From contig NMRA01000171.1 in NCBI GenBank assembly GCA_002633005.1, positions 124,001-188,000 of the forward strand: 64,000 nucleotides of DNA, written 5' to 3'. Origin of the DNA: Phoronis australis (taxonomy: Eukaryota > Animalia > Phoronida). This document shows positions 12,401 to 27,400 of the stretch, in pieces. The translations under genes and the position numbers were made by a program. The notes below the pieces were generated by a model, which did no database searches, was not told the DNA's origin, and worked only from the letters and a program-made list of their open reading frames with translations. Positions within the stretch are counted from its first letter, which is position 1, and each line of letters opens with the position of its first letter.

Positions 12401-15400
12401 ACATTAAAGCAGTAGTCAATGAGTGTAAGACACAGTTTGGTTGTGTTGCAGTTCGAGAGGTACTACGAGAAGGATGATAGTGTCACCCCTCCAGTGAAGT
12501 TAGAGAGATGTGTTGCAACGGAGGGGGAGAAGGTGATTGTGGTGGAACCTCTGGTAAGTTGGACATCGCAGCACATACTGTTGAGTTTTCAAATGGAGGA
12601 CTACAATAACAGAAGAGTGTTCCATAGACCCAGTTTCTCGCAAGAGTTAATCATGAAATCCTGCGAGTATGTTCGGGAACTTGGAAGTGTAACCCCGTAA
12701 ATTGTCAGCCACAAAGGTGATTGGTTGGCACGGTTGAAGTGTTGGATTTATGGGATTGAATTCACTGTTAATGCTGCAAGTGCGAGGGATTTGAACTTAA
12801 GTCTCAGAATTTGCAAGCGCACATGTTACCACTAAGCCACGGCACACCCACTACAAGCAGAATTAAAAAAAATGTGTTTTATAAACAAGTTATGTGTAAG
12901 GGTACTCAATGTCTGAGATGTATTACTTGAGTGTAATATTACTCGACATAAAAAGGAAACTTTCAAACATTTATTTATCGATGTACGCGAAACAAACTTC
13001 ATCTAACGACCGTATCTTTTGTCCGGCTCCTCCGTTAAAACAACATCAAATCTTGGCAAACTTTCTTCACTAGCCCTTTTAACAGAGTAGACGACAAATA
13101 TTCCTATAGTTTTTGTTGTCATAAGTGTTGACCTTAAGACCTTTGACGTCATTCAAGTAGTTACAAAAGCATCAATATGAAGGAACTGAAGGTTTCCACT
13201 TGACGGCAAGTGTTGTTTATATCACAGAAAAGTGAAGGATAAATACGTTATTGAATGGGTCCGTTGTAATTAAACGTATTATGAAGAACTCGATGGTTTT
13301 TTGAAAAAAATATCATCTCATTCCTCACAGTACGTCTAATAATCCCAGAACCATTCAATAACCTTAATGTCTCACCAATTTAGGATGCCTGACAAGCGAA
13401 GTTTCCTCATTTTTCCTTGGAAGATATGTTCCACCAAATGAATGCGTTTTCATATTCAAGCTGTGTACTATACATACCGCCTGAACATGTTTTGTGGACA
13501 TTTACAGCAATGTTAGAACTCCTCGGAAAATCAAGCAAAGGTAAATTTTAGCTATTGTACTTGACAGACATTTGGGGAATTTAACCGTAAGTCAGACTTG
13601 ACATCCCAAGTTTATACTTCATCACATAAATGCACAACCAATAAACTTATCAACAAATAGGAAGACTAAAGATCATTATTTGGTCGCATTTTAGAAGCAT
13701 TTACACTCCTTGACCTCAAGCATTAACAAGAAACAATCATCATTTTCTCTTAGGGTTTTGTCCCACTGTCATAATTGTCAGCCTTTTACCATCCTCACCT
13801 CTACATTTTCTTACATCAACAAGATAACTTTTCATGTGGAATGTAGTCACACCACCACAACCAAAATATAACAAAATAAGCTTAGTTTGTTTGGCACACT
13901 TTTGTTGATCTATTAATTAAAACAAGTAACGAAGCTGTACTTTCAGTCAAAAACAACCACTTTTTAGACACCTTCCTAGTAAAAAATCAATTTCATCTGG
14001 TTTTTCTTCAGATTAGACACAATTTCTAAGCTTGAAGAACTGACATCATTATTGCTTCAGTCCATTTCATTAAATTAGTTTCGATCGCCACAGAACTGTG
14101 TTCATCAGAATTTCTGAAATTCTGAAATTTTCAGGCACTTCATTGAATTGATTTCAAAGGATATGAATACCATGACGTTAATTTGGAAGCGCAAATATAC
14201 AGGTGAAGGTTTTTCTAAACCAGACTGAGGTATATGGCAACTTTAACATAATAAAAATACAAAACTTCACACACACACACATAGTTCTGACTAAGTCCTA
14301 ACTACTCTGAAGGTCTACACCTTGCACTCCCCTATAATATCATTCACACTCTTAAACTTGACAAGTGAGGATTGTTTCACATCAGAAACCCAGACCCTGC
14401 CTGCTTTACTGATGGCCAGGCCACCGATCTTTCCAATCATGTCTGCTCCGGCCAAAATTCCCATACCTTGTCCATCTGCTGCACACTTGAAGATCAGACA
14501 ACTACCTTGTCTGTCTCGACCAGCCACAAACACCTGGCCCGCATCACTACTAATGCAGCTGATCTGACGCATTTCTTGGCCGCAATACGTTGGCACAAAC
14601 CTCCTGACCACTGATCCGTCCACCTGCCTCACAGCTTGAACACAGTCCTTTCCATGGTCCACAATAAAGAGAGTGTGGCTTGGTCCACCAGCTATCTCAC
14701 CAGGGACACTGAATCTCTCTGGATGGGTCTTAAACGCTTGGTTCACCTTTCCGTTTTGATCCATAGTGCAGATGATTTTGCGCTGGGGATCTGAGAAGAT
14801 GATCTCATTCAAGTCATTGGTGGTTAATCCGTGAATTCCGTTGAATTGGGTGATCGGCACGGTTCGTGTTAATGATCCACTGTCGAGGTTAAACACTTCA
14901 AGAGAAGTTGTGCAGTAACATTTACTCTCATCTGATGATTCCCATTTCTTTGGAGATACGATGAGCTCTTGCTTGTTAGCAGACAGGCTCATGGCCGCAC
15001 GTGTATCACTGGCTATTCCACTGAGCTGCATATTGGGAAGAGAGGGATTTCCATGACGATTGAACTTTCGAATGCATCCATTTTTACTGTCGCATACATA
15101 GACATTACCAATGTCGTCTGTTACGACGGAAGACAAGAGAGAGGGTGATGTATCCACATACAATACCGGAAAAAATATGTCATTCGTCAGCACACCTTCC
15201 ACATCATGGGACTTCAACTCGTGAATTATTTTTTCAAATATCAATTCTAACGGTCTGAGTGCTTTGTCTTTCAGACTCCTCACCTTTTCTTCTAAGTCTG
15301 TGTCCTTAGCCATGCGTACTATTTTCACAACGTTCTCAGTCGTGAATGTGCTGTGGTGGATGTCTTCCAAACTGTCTCTGACAGGAATTAACGTCTCATT

Positions 15401-18400
15401 GTCACACAGGGTGCGCCGGTACCTGTCAATCTTAGTGAACAGAGCACTTGTCTGTTCCTCCGTGAGTTTCTTCATGTGTTGCTCAATAAAGGACTTCACA
15501 CCAGCTTTGAACAATTCCAGACACTTCAAATCATTACTCGTATTCTGAATTCGTTGATAAATGAACTCCTTGAGAATGTCAAGCTCTTCTAGCAGTCGAC
15601 CAATCTTACTATTACACTCCTTCTTGAGTTGGACAGTGTCTCGACACTCACAACTGGCGTGAGTCTCCCTCAAACACTGGTTACACACAAGAACATTATG
15701 ATTCTCACAGAAGTGTGAGTAGAGCTGGTCCCGGTGAACGCTACACATGTCATCTCCTGTAGCCTCATACAGCTCAAGGTTGTGCTTCTGCCTACACATG
15801 ACACAGCACAGTTTGTTCAGGCTGTAGAAGCATGGCTTACAAGTCAGGTGTGTGTTGTGCCAGATGACAGGTAGCTTGTTACTAGGGTTGTATTCCTCGA
15901 AACATATCGGACACTCCTGCCACGAGCTGTTGTAACGGTCGCCCGACATAGTTGTCTACAACATACAAAGAGAATGTGCAGTAATATCACTGAATCTTGC
16001 TGAGGATAAGTTGGGTTATTGTCACCATAAAACAAAAAGAAACAGATCATAAGGAAAATAACACTTCATCATTTAGATATTCACTACTTAAACACTTTGG
16101 TGGCACTGCAAAAATGATTGTTGAGCATTGTTGTCAAGGACATAATGCCTTATTTTAACTTCAGCTTTGACAATGCAAACATGAAAGCGCACGCGTTCCA
16201 AATGCGCAGAACATTTGTAGTTAGGGCACAACACCTCATTTGGAAGCGAATTTGTGCATGTAATGAATTGGCATAAATTCTGTTATCTCCATAGTTTTTG
16301 ACTGAATTAAGACTTTTGAATGAACATTCTCACGAGAAAAGTAGTTTTAGTAGCATGGATATATACATGCTAGCTCATCAGTAGCAGTCGAACACTTAGC
16401 CACTGAGCCAAATTGTATGTCTTAAATAACAGAGTAAACTAGGTATACAAACGGTAAAGAAACTAGCTTTGATTTCAGGGAATGTCTTGCAGACAATGAT
16501 GTAACAAAATGACTAAAACTCAATGGATTTTGTTGCGTTATAGCTCCAGTCAAAGCTTATAACTTCCAAAAGACTACCCCATCTAACAATAATCTCATAA
16601 ATTAATTATTAAGCAGCAAAAAAACTGATAATGTTCAGTGAACATAACTACGGTACATAAAGCACGTTAACAGTTCTGTAAGGTGGGTATAATTAACATG
16701 TGTACTAGGTATTCAGTGAATATATTATCCTTAAGTCCCCAAAACAAACATTTTCCATTCAGTAACGACCCTCACTGTGATCCTGTAATCGCAAACTGAC
16801 AGAATCGTAAGTTGTTTTGAAAGTGGTTATCAGCTAATTGTGCAAAAGAAACGGCAGCCTATTGAAAAGTATGCGCATCGCATTCAGCTTCTTCACTATT
16901 TTTGATAAATAAAGTTAAATATTCTAACATTAGGGAGGGTTTTGGAATGGCGGTGATAGTAATAACGGTATTGAAACTTAATTTCAAGTCGGTGTGAAGG
17001 TAACAAAGAAGAACATTCAGCACTATCGTAATATAAAGGCAGACACATACTGATACCATAACACTCTTAAAGAAGTTTAACTGGTGACATTCTGCTTATT
17101 TCACGTGCATTTCATGATCACAATTTGATCCAAAATGTTTTGACAAAGCATTCATGAAGTCGTTCAGGGTAGGCAAACATTTAACATCACTTATTCCATA
17201 GTTTGACCACTTAGTAATGTAAAGATGCCATGCCTAAATGTCGGAATGTTGTAAAACGTTTTCTTTATTTTCACTGTCAATAGGAGTCACCACCTACCAA
17301 ATCCTAGCTTCACTTGGTATGCCAATGATCTAATCATGTACCACAGCCATCTCCTTGAACATGGACACTAGGTTAATGAACACTGGTGTGAAGATAACAT
17401 TATACCAGCATTGAAGTTGGAGCTATTAACCTAATTATCATAACCATTGCATTCATAGCAGAGCCTGTTATCTCAGATATCCTATTGTCACTTGATATAT
17501 TGTGTAACACTGTACTTATTACACATACAAGTCATCTATATAAGCCACTGGAAAGGTATACTGTCTGGTTAAGTTATCACAATTTCGGATTAAGTGTACA
17601 AAACTTAAACTTTCCTGTCCCGCCTGAAAGTGAACAAAAATGTCAACATTTGAAAGAATTGTCCTTGTACTTCTGCATGTGCCTAGTTTAAAGTTAATTC
17701 AGTGATAAAAAATAATTGGCATTTGAGTGATGAAGGGCAATTTTGAAAGGCAGCAGTAAAAAATATGCTGCCAAGTAATAAGATAAGTGTACGCTGTAAT
17801 TTGCATTATTTTGCGTGAACTGGTCAGCACTGTATTGTCTGGGTGTATTTTGGGGCAAAGTTAGTAACTTCTTTTTGAAGAACAGGTCAACAGCCTGCTT
17901 ATAACTGAGTAAAACTCTTCATCATTGTGGGAGTTTTTGTAATGGCAGAGGTTGGCAGAGCCTCCTTGCTGGTGAATTGAAGTGAAGCACCCCGGTGGTT
18001 CTGTTGTATGCATTAGTGAAGACCTGACAATGATAGGGCACAAAGTGGCCATGACACTCTGTGATTTCTGCAGAATGATGAGAATGAGTTAATTAGTTCT
18101 TGGAATAAGTACGGTAGTATGACTTGATTGGTGCCAAATTTTGCACATCACTCCAACTGCGTGTAACTTGGTGATATTTCATAGATTGTTTGATGCTCAG
18201 ATCATAGCTTCTAACAGAAAGGTGATGAAAGCACGGTTTGTTCTGGTCTGTTGGTTTTTTGTTGTTTTTTTTTGTTTTTTTTTAAGTCCAGTTTCTGGTG
18301 TAGTAGAGGTCGCGACACTAATATTCCCCACGAAAATAATGAAAATAGGTTGTGTAAGTTATGTAATTCAGAACGTGCAGAGAACGAATACCACGATTTG

Positions 18401-21400
18401 GTGTTAGTTTGCAGTGTGTAGCAAGACCTTCGGGTTAAGTATTCAAGCGATCGTTTTTGTCATTCTCCCACATCTACATATTTGGAATCTCTCACGAGAA
18501 CTCCAGATACCTCGCTTCTAAAATTTGTCAATCGTGCTCTCAAGTGTCACAATTTACTCTCCAGTCTGTAACACACCTGACAATGTACCCTATCTTGTAT
18601 ATGTAAACTTTGGGCCTATGGCCAAAGGATATATAAATATTATAGTTGCTCACTTTTTCAAAAAAGAAATTCCACCTGAGAAGAACAAAAATGATGTCAC
18701 TCGGCAAATTATAGAACATTTCAAACCTTACGTACATACCTTTGTGCAGATTTTCCAAAAACAGTAGACCTTGGGTGAAATTGATGCGGACGAGCTTTCT
18801 TTTTTGGTTGGTGATCGCATGTCTCAAAAATAGTCCAGGTACAGATCAGAACTAACTGCTTTTTGCCCTAGTTACTTGTTTAAATAGAAAAAATTACTTA
18901 TACTGCCTATGCAGTTGTTTTGTGTTAAACATTTGATTATGAAGGACTTTTTCACACACAATACACCCAGTTTGCCTGTGAAGATATTTGCTACTAATTA
19001 GTGTCCATCCTGCTCTAGCAGGACTTTTAAACATAGCGGTAATTCATAAAAGAATTCTATTTTGTTAAATTTCTCCACAAAAATTAAACTAGAAACTTTT
19101 GTCTTTCAGGCATGGTTTGTACTGTGTAGTTGTCATAAAACAAGTTTCCATTATTTGTAGCAAGATAATCAGTCTTTGAAAAATGGAAAATTCCTATTTT
19201 GACAATAATTTTTGTGCAAAATAAGTGAAGAATCAACAGTAATCATTTGTCATCCACACAAAGTAACACAGCCTGTCTTAATATGTTTGCTACTAACTTA
19301 TGATAATTTCTCTAACAGTTCGTACATTAATGAACCAACTGTTTTTCCGTTGACAGCTTTGTGTCATTAATAGAGACAAAAGTGGCCATACAAACTATTT
19401 AAGATGATACTCAAGTGTTAGAGATAAAATATCGATAATAACCATGAATTACTGAGGTTAGCATTGATCTCGAGTCAGTGATTTGGCAATGTGAATTATA
19501 TAACAGCAAGTAACAAATTATTGTCCCGGATGATGGATTTACTTAAAAAAAATTCTCTTTCGCCTTTGTCACTTCAATTTCTTCCTAAGTTCGTAAACTT
19601 CAAAAACCCGACTTCAAGGCCTCTGCTTTTACCAATGCTGTCTGCCCGAACAGAGTTCACAACTGCGGTGCACTAGACAAAATGTATTTGAAAAAATCAG
19701 GCCAGCAATCGTGACTGTGGGTTTGTCAGCCCTCCCAATTCCATTTAGGTGGGAGGCTCTCATTTTTCAAAGAATTCCCACAACTCATGGAAAGGTGTCG
19801 AAATTCTCAGGTTTTTGATAAAATTCACTCGACTTTGAAGTACCGTAATTCTCCCAGTTTTCTCGAAATGTAATGACCGGGTGACCGAGGTTGTGTGACG
19901 ACCAAGGGGAAATTTTGCCTCACTGGGTTTTTGTGGTCTCTCGATTTCGGAATTTGAGCATCGGCAATACGTTCTGTTATCTTATCATCTTGAAGTAATA
20001 AAACATGCAAGTCAAAGATCGTTTTTCGCTTATTGCATCTCAAATAGGTGTTAGCAGGTTTCACTAATGTTGTTGGCGATTCTTAAAGAAATACTTTTTT
20101 TATAACTGATCCAGTGGAGCAAGTCGCGCCATGATGACTTGCACCATGACAACTGTTCCCCGTGAAAAAAGCTTCACACTTTAAAATCTGAAACTCATGC
20201 CACAGCATCTGTAAACCATGCAGATTAACATATGAACAACCTGTTACATAAACTAAGTGGGTGCTTTAAATTCCACATACAATATTAGACCCATCATACT
20301 GGTGGTTTCCAAAGAGAAGATATCAGAATCTCCAGGACTACCTCCTGCAGTGATGTCACACTTCCCAATTCAATGTTGGAAAAGTTGACAGGTCCAACAT
20401 TTTCTATTTTAGGATTTTTTGTCTAGCTGTTACCTTACTCAAAAATATCCAATAATGTAATGCATATTTAGGCTTGACTGAGGTTGGTCAAATTTAGTCA
20501 AGTCCAACAGCGTCAAGATTATGAAGGACTTTATGGACAAGTCTCTGTATTTAGCAAAATATCTCGAAATGTTAAAAATCTGTAGAATTTAATAGTTGAC
20601 GTTATACGTATCTGCCATCAATTCGGTCACTTGACCATAACTTAAGCAAAAATAAAGGAAATGTTTTACAGCAAAACAAAATGAATAAAGTTCATTTGTT
20701 ATAACAAATGTTAGAGATGAAATCGTAAAAAAGTGTTGCAATTTTCCAAATTATTTTGTTTCCGTTTAATGCATCTTTTGAGGTTTCTTGTGAAAGTGAG
20801 TCTTATTTTATTATGCAACATCGTTTTATAAGCAGCTTAAAATTAGGAATCTGCACAGGTCCGTAAATCCAAAAAAGGTTTTAGCCAACACTATATACCC
20901 AACAAGTCGGCCAAATAAGCCAGTTTTGCTCTTTAGTTGACAGGTTGGTCAGACAACCTGATATTTGCTTACGCGACAAAAGCATTCAAAGATGTCATTG
21001 GTGGATATTTGAGGCGTCATGACTTGTTGGAAATTTATAATCAGATATTTGCTAGTCACCTGGCAAACTTCTCAAGATATCATTGATTGACACAGCGCCT
21101 TATCCTTGTCGGTCAAATGGTGACATTTTTGCTTTTCACCTGATAAACTTTCAATGATCTCATTTGTTCAGATAACGTCTAAAGCTTGACGGACAAATAA
21201 TCACATTTTGCTTTTTACTAACAAACATGTCAGCTCTCATTTGCAAACATTGTCATCACACCTTATCAGCAAAATCGATTTTTACTACTCGCCCAATAAA
21301 CTTTCAACTATCTCGTTTGTTAGTATAATTGTCATTTTGATTTCTGGTAATTTCTCCGAAACAATAAATGTTGAAAGTGATGACCAGGGGGATGGACTCT

Positions 21401-24400
21401 CATTGGTATCCTGTGAATCTCTGGCTTTCTTGGCGTTCTTATCTTAACAACGTAGAAGATGCGTGTTGCTAGTTAACTTAGACTTGTACTGTTGTATAAG
21501 ATGTAACGCTAAAGTGATTTATTATATTAAGTTAGTTGGATGACTAGCAAAAATCCGTCTTGGTCGACAAGGTTGTGGTCACGTCATACTTTTCCTGAAA
21601 AGTATTATGTAGAAACTTGGTATTTCCAAAAATGTCTAAGATTTCATCGCTTGTTGATGACAATTGTGGTTTAAGTTAACAACTAATTAGGTCAAATAAT
21701 TTGGGGGGAGGCAGTTGGGAGTACAGGAAACTCATGGCTCCCAACAGCAGCATCAAACAGGCTTTATCTTATCATGCCACTGCCTGTCTATTAACTTCCC
21801 TAATTCCCTTGACTGCTGGCTAATCAGCTCAGAGGGGTAATTACTATTAACTGTCAACAGGGCCAGATGGTGTCAGGGAACAGCTTTGAACAAAGCACTC
21901 TTCAGTCTTGTGGTCATGAGTTTTGAAATTGAAGACAGGTTGCTTTGAAACTGCTTTCTGCCAAAGAATCTAGATTTGAGTTGTTCCACTTAACAGATAT
22001 CAAAAAATTAGACTCAACTTGTTCCTTTATTGAGACATCTGGTCATAGAAATTAGTGACATTTTATCACTGCTAATCATTGTTTAGACAATGCTCATCAC
22101 ATGGCCCACCAGATGGAGCCAACGTATTAAGATGCTGAGATTCATCTTGAGCAACAGTTCTTCCAACAAGCCAAGTATTTATTTGTCAGTCTCTTTTGCT
22201 TGGATTGCATTACAAGCCATGGTGTAGAATTAAACAAGAAATGAGTGGTCAGCATTTTAATAGGCCTGATCAACTTTGGGCTTTAGCTTACACTATGAAA
22301 TATTTTGTGCTTAGATTCTATTAATAGTTTTGGAACTTGTTCTTCATTAAGCCAAAATTGTTATTTTTCTATTATTTTTGTATTGTAACTTTACCAGATG
22401 TGTCAAATCGGGAAGTAGAAACTGACCTAGTGACCAAGATTGCCAGGATTTTATTTCGTGTAAAAAAATTGATGGGTAATTTTTGCAACTTAGCACTGAT
22501 CAGCACATTTGTACAAAAACAAATGTTTTTAAAGCATAGCATCATTAGCATGTTTTCATGGATTCTTCCCCCATTTATAATATTAATTCATAAAAGCTTA
22601 TCAAAGTCCGTATAATCACAAGTGATACACATTGTGACAATATGACACTGATGCCACAAACCGTGGATAATGTATACAGATACTCACCCTTATCAGTTGA
22701 AACTATTAACTGTTCACATCTTATCTACATGAAGCCATTTGGTAATGGGAACATTCTACACTATTCCTTGGCACTTTTAGTAGGCATGCTACATAATTGT
22801 TTTTTCAGCACGTGATAAATTATTCTGATTGCCTTGGTAATTCTCCACTTGTTTCACAGATCAATAATTGCCAAAATTATCGTTTTCCATTCTTAATACG
22901 CTGCAAATAATGAGAGCTTTGCCAAGTATTGTTTATGATATCTATCCAATGTAAACGAATTGGAATAAAAAACGATTGCTAACTGAAAGATACCATTTAT
23001 TGCTTTATGTTTACCACATTGAAGGCAACACCTCCATTTGCCATAGCATTAATTTTGCCAGCTGTTTGTTTCCTCGATGGCCAAATTGTTTTTAAAGCAA
23101 AAACTGATGTTAAAACACCTTTAATCACTGCAGTAAATTGAGTAAAGTCCCTTTCTGATACAGATAACTCCATTACTATTGATGATTCGACGTTAACTGT
23201 GAAGTTAAGCGTAAACTGTTCTCATCAGTTTCTGAGTTAGTCAGAAAACTAGTTCAACAAAGTTATCGTAAGGTGGCACCGTATAGTGGCAAACTCATTT
23301 TAAGTACACTATAAACACTCAGCCATTTTGTTTTTAATGAATCCAGCAACAACATGGATAAATAGGGTCGTCCTGGATTACACAGCCACACTCAAAAGTC
23401 GCTGTATTTACCCACAATGCCACAAACATCTGTCAGGCACATTTGCTGCCTCGGTTTTCGTGCCACTGAAGTCTCACATGTTATTTGTTGTTGTCCCATT
23501 CTTTACAAGTTTTTCTCAGTAGCATTACTGTATTCATCCTTCCAATGCCCACGAAGTATTACTGCTGTGCCGTGGACTGCAGCTCTGACGTGAGAAAGTT
23601 TGTTAAACTGGACAAAATCCCTCGGCAAGCCTCGGGATTTTGACGAAATTTCCAAGAGGTTTTGCCCATGTCATAAACCTGAGACTCGTGTACGATTCTA
23701 TATAACTCAAACCGCCTTCAAAAATGATGCTTGCAACTGTTCACCTTACTGGCGTTTTTGCTAATACTGAAACTGTTATCAAAAATACTAATGATTTAGG
23801 CAGTTTGTGACCAAGGTAATTAGCTATTAATCACTAGAACTAGTGCTTTTGTCATGGTGATTACCAATTGGTTGACATGGTTATAATATACCAAAGTAGC
23901 ACTTTTCCTATGTTAACATTAATGCAGTTTTCTTAGTTTTTTTTTCTTTTTTGATTCATAGCAGCAACAAGTTTGGATTCCCCTTGATGAGTTTGGGCTT
24001 TCTTGTGTCAAGTTTGAACGCCTATGCATGAATTTGAACTTTTGCATGTTGCCCAGTTTAGCTGACTAAAAAACAAAAATCAAAATTGGACCTTCTACTC
24101 TCATGAAATCAGTTTCATAATATTCATTATAGTAATACGTTTCAGTTTCTGTAATCAACAATAATATCGAAACTATTTTAATTGCTGTTAAAACAACTAA
24201 GAAATGCCTCCATTTGGGGTTGGCCAGCTCTAAAATAGCGAATTTAAAAATTACCAATGTTTGCATGTCTCGAGTTGCTGTGTGAATTGAGTTGCCGGCA
24301 CTTTTCAAGCTCGGATTAGCATTGTAATGTTTTTAAACCTCAGAGAACTTTGATTGATTAAGAGTTCAATACTGACAGCTTAACGGGTGCGCAAAATTCA

Positions 24401-27400
24401 GCTTTGAGCAATTAATTGGGATTTGTACAACTTTTGGCTTCAGTTCAATGTATTTATTTCTAGACTAACACATGAAATTCCCACAAAATGGGCACGGTCT
24501 TTTGTTGAACATATACATTGTAATTCCCATTGAGTTTGTATTTTCTGCAGTATTTTGGCCTAGTAGCGATGTAGAATGGAGTAAAATGGAATTTATTTCA
24601 ACATTGAATATTTTCCCATGTTGGCATTTTACACAAGTCATTTAAACATCCTATCATTCATGTACAACATTTGGATAATTTTACTTAATCATGACTGCAA
24701 AGAATTATAAACTTGACTATTTTAATTTAAAGCTTGAGTGGTGATGTGGTTGTTTAAAATTAAATGATAATCACAGCTGTTGAGGATAGTGTCTCCCTGA
24801 AGTGTAATGAAGCACATATCCCTGAGTGAATTTGTAATTGGAGCTACAGTTTGCCCATGGGAGACTACAATTAATGGAAGTGGTGGATGAGACAGAGAAT
24901 CAATGTGGAATAATGAAGCAATATGTATTGACCTTCATTCACCACAGGAGTTTGGAGCGGGAACATATTTCTTAGGAATTGCAGACTGAAACAAGTAGCA
25001 TACTAGGGGTTACAGCCACTTTCAACAAACCTCTCCACTCTTGATTTTCTAAGCGGTCACTTTTAAAAGTCATGTTTTGTTAACCTTATGCAGGATTCTA
25101 GAAAAATGTGCAGATTTGGCTAGTTTTAGAAAGTCATATCTCCAAAATAAATGAATCGATTCACACAAAACTTATATAAACTATGCTTTATGCACTGTTC
25201 TACAAAACATTGTTAGGAATTATGTTTGAAATGATCCACTTGTGCAAGAATGGCAGTACAAAATGTAAATTTTATGGTTTCTATAAAAAATCAAAAGTTG
25301 CACAAAACAAACATGAAATGTTAATTTAGAAAGCTGTAGCAGCATTTTAACATTTCATTTAGAATGTACATCAAACAAAATTTGGTCATATTATTGATGG
25401 CATCGTTTTGCAATGAATGCACCTTTTTACTAAATTGTACTAAAAAGACATAATCACGTGGCCCAATGAATGTCATAATGGTATCAAGTCAAAAATCAAT
25501 TTTCCACACTTTTAGAAAATATTCACTTTTACAATGTTAAATTTTACAGTTTTGCAGAAATTTGCTGAATGCACAGACTAGTCCATGAGGTTCTACTTGA
25601 TCTTAATTGCCAATCCCAAGTTTGCACAGGTGTGACTTTTTGTACCTTTAAAGCATCCAGTTCTAAAAACCACCATAAAAAAATTCCAGCTCCTAAAACG
25701 CTCCTGTGACTAACAGTACACTATGTTCATTCACTCAAGTTCTATTCTAACCTTTTGCTTAAAGATACTCGACTCGTGTACAACTCTTGTGGTGTTGCAG
25801 TGTTGCAGTAACTTAGTAAGTAGTTCTGGCTGACATTCACCCCTGATCCTAAACAGCTACATATAGGTGAACATCTGGCCATGATCTTCCAGTTTCACAA
25901 TTCAAATGCCCTGATAGGTTATTATTGTTGCTTGTATTGATTTTGTTCTGATAAGTGCCATCACTACAACCAGTATTCAGCCATGTTTACGGAGCAACTA
26001 AAACGGAACAGCTGATCAAGCGCAGGCCTTTATCCAGGATTTCAAAAATAGGGTGTCCAAAATGGGGTTCCCAATATTCCAGGGCGTCCATAATTCCGAC
26101 ACATAACCCCCCACCCCCAGCAATCCCCCCAAACACACAGATTTTTTGACAAAAAATGCATAGACCTCAAGGTTTTTACATCTAAGTTTACAAAACAGCC
26201 TTTTGTAGTGAGCATTTTTAATAAAAAAATTGGTGTAAACCAAGACTTTTCCAATGCTATCAAACAAGTGTGAGCATAGCAACATTGTATATACTTTGTA
26301 TATACATTGTATATTTCTTCCTGCTTTGAAAAAAGAGCCCCCACTGGGCACTGAGCCTTCAGAGGCTTCCTAGTAATCATTACAATGTGTGTGTCCAAAC
26401 TTGAAAGGTTCCTGTTGACAGTGGGCGTCCAAATGATACATTGGGCGTCCTTGCCAGGGCATCCAGATTAGTGCTAGGGTGTCCATTTGGACGCCCAGGA
26501 CGTACGCTGCATAAAGGCCTGATCAGGCGAAAGGGTGTGTGTAAACACAATTGACATGGAGCAAGTTGACACCACTGCGGCCATTTTTTTACACCGGTTT
26601 GATAGGTAGAGCGAGTTGCACTCGATCAGTTGCTCCAGTGTCAACTACACGTCTGGGGTAGGGCAGAAAGGGATCATCTTTCAATGCGCTTGCGCAATAG
26701 CATATGCATTTCGCTTGGTTTGGACCTTCGCTATTGTTTATGTAAGTATGCGCCAACAGTCTTTGAGTAAATGACTCATGCCAGTTTGCGATCTAATGTC
26801 GCGCAAAGGCTACTTCAGAGTAGCAAGTCTTAGTGTGACATCTTGCACTGTGACAACTGTTGCTCATGTAAAAACGGCTTGTGGTGTACTACCATGCTGA
26901 CTATCAGCATACTTAAAGAACCTGGCATCTATTTTTACTGTATTACCAAGCCAGTATACAACAGCTGGTGATTGACAATTCAAGTTTAAATGTACACTTT
27001 ATCTGTTACACAACTTCAGCTCTATCAGCTCCTAAAAACCTGTCAATTTGTAAAATGCAAGATATAGTTGAAAAATGATCCTATTCATGTTTTCAAATGT
27101 TGGTCCTCTGAGCACAGTTGCATGAAACAGTCACAAACAGGGATTCATCTAAGTTCCCTAAATCATCTCTGTATTTTTGTCATTCTCTGTTCACAAATAC
27201 AAATTTATCTTGATTTTGAGCTCCTCTTTGACTAGTGACACTTTCTAACAATATAACTACTTAAAATTAAGCCCGCAAAGTTGTGTAGTACCCAAGAAAA
27301 ATGCACAATTTTGGCTAACTTCAGAATGTCATATCTCAGAAATGGCCCATTGGAGTCATGTAAAATTTTCAGATACTGCACTTTTTAATATGTTCCACTT

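Noticed and set aside
14322-15548. + strand ORFs overlapping the TRIM-like CDS
   Set aside because: Antisense shadows of the real minus-strand gene; FANCI exon continuity (…VEPL to AHLLQC…) leaves no need for extra exons here
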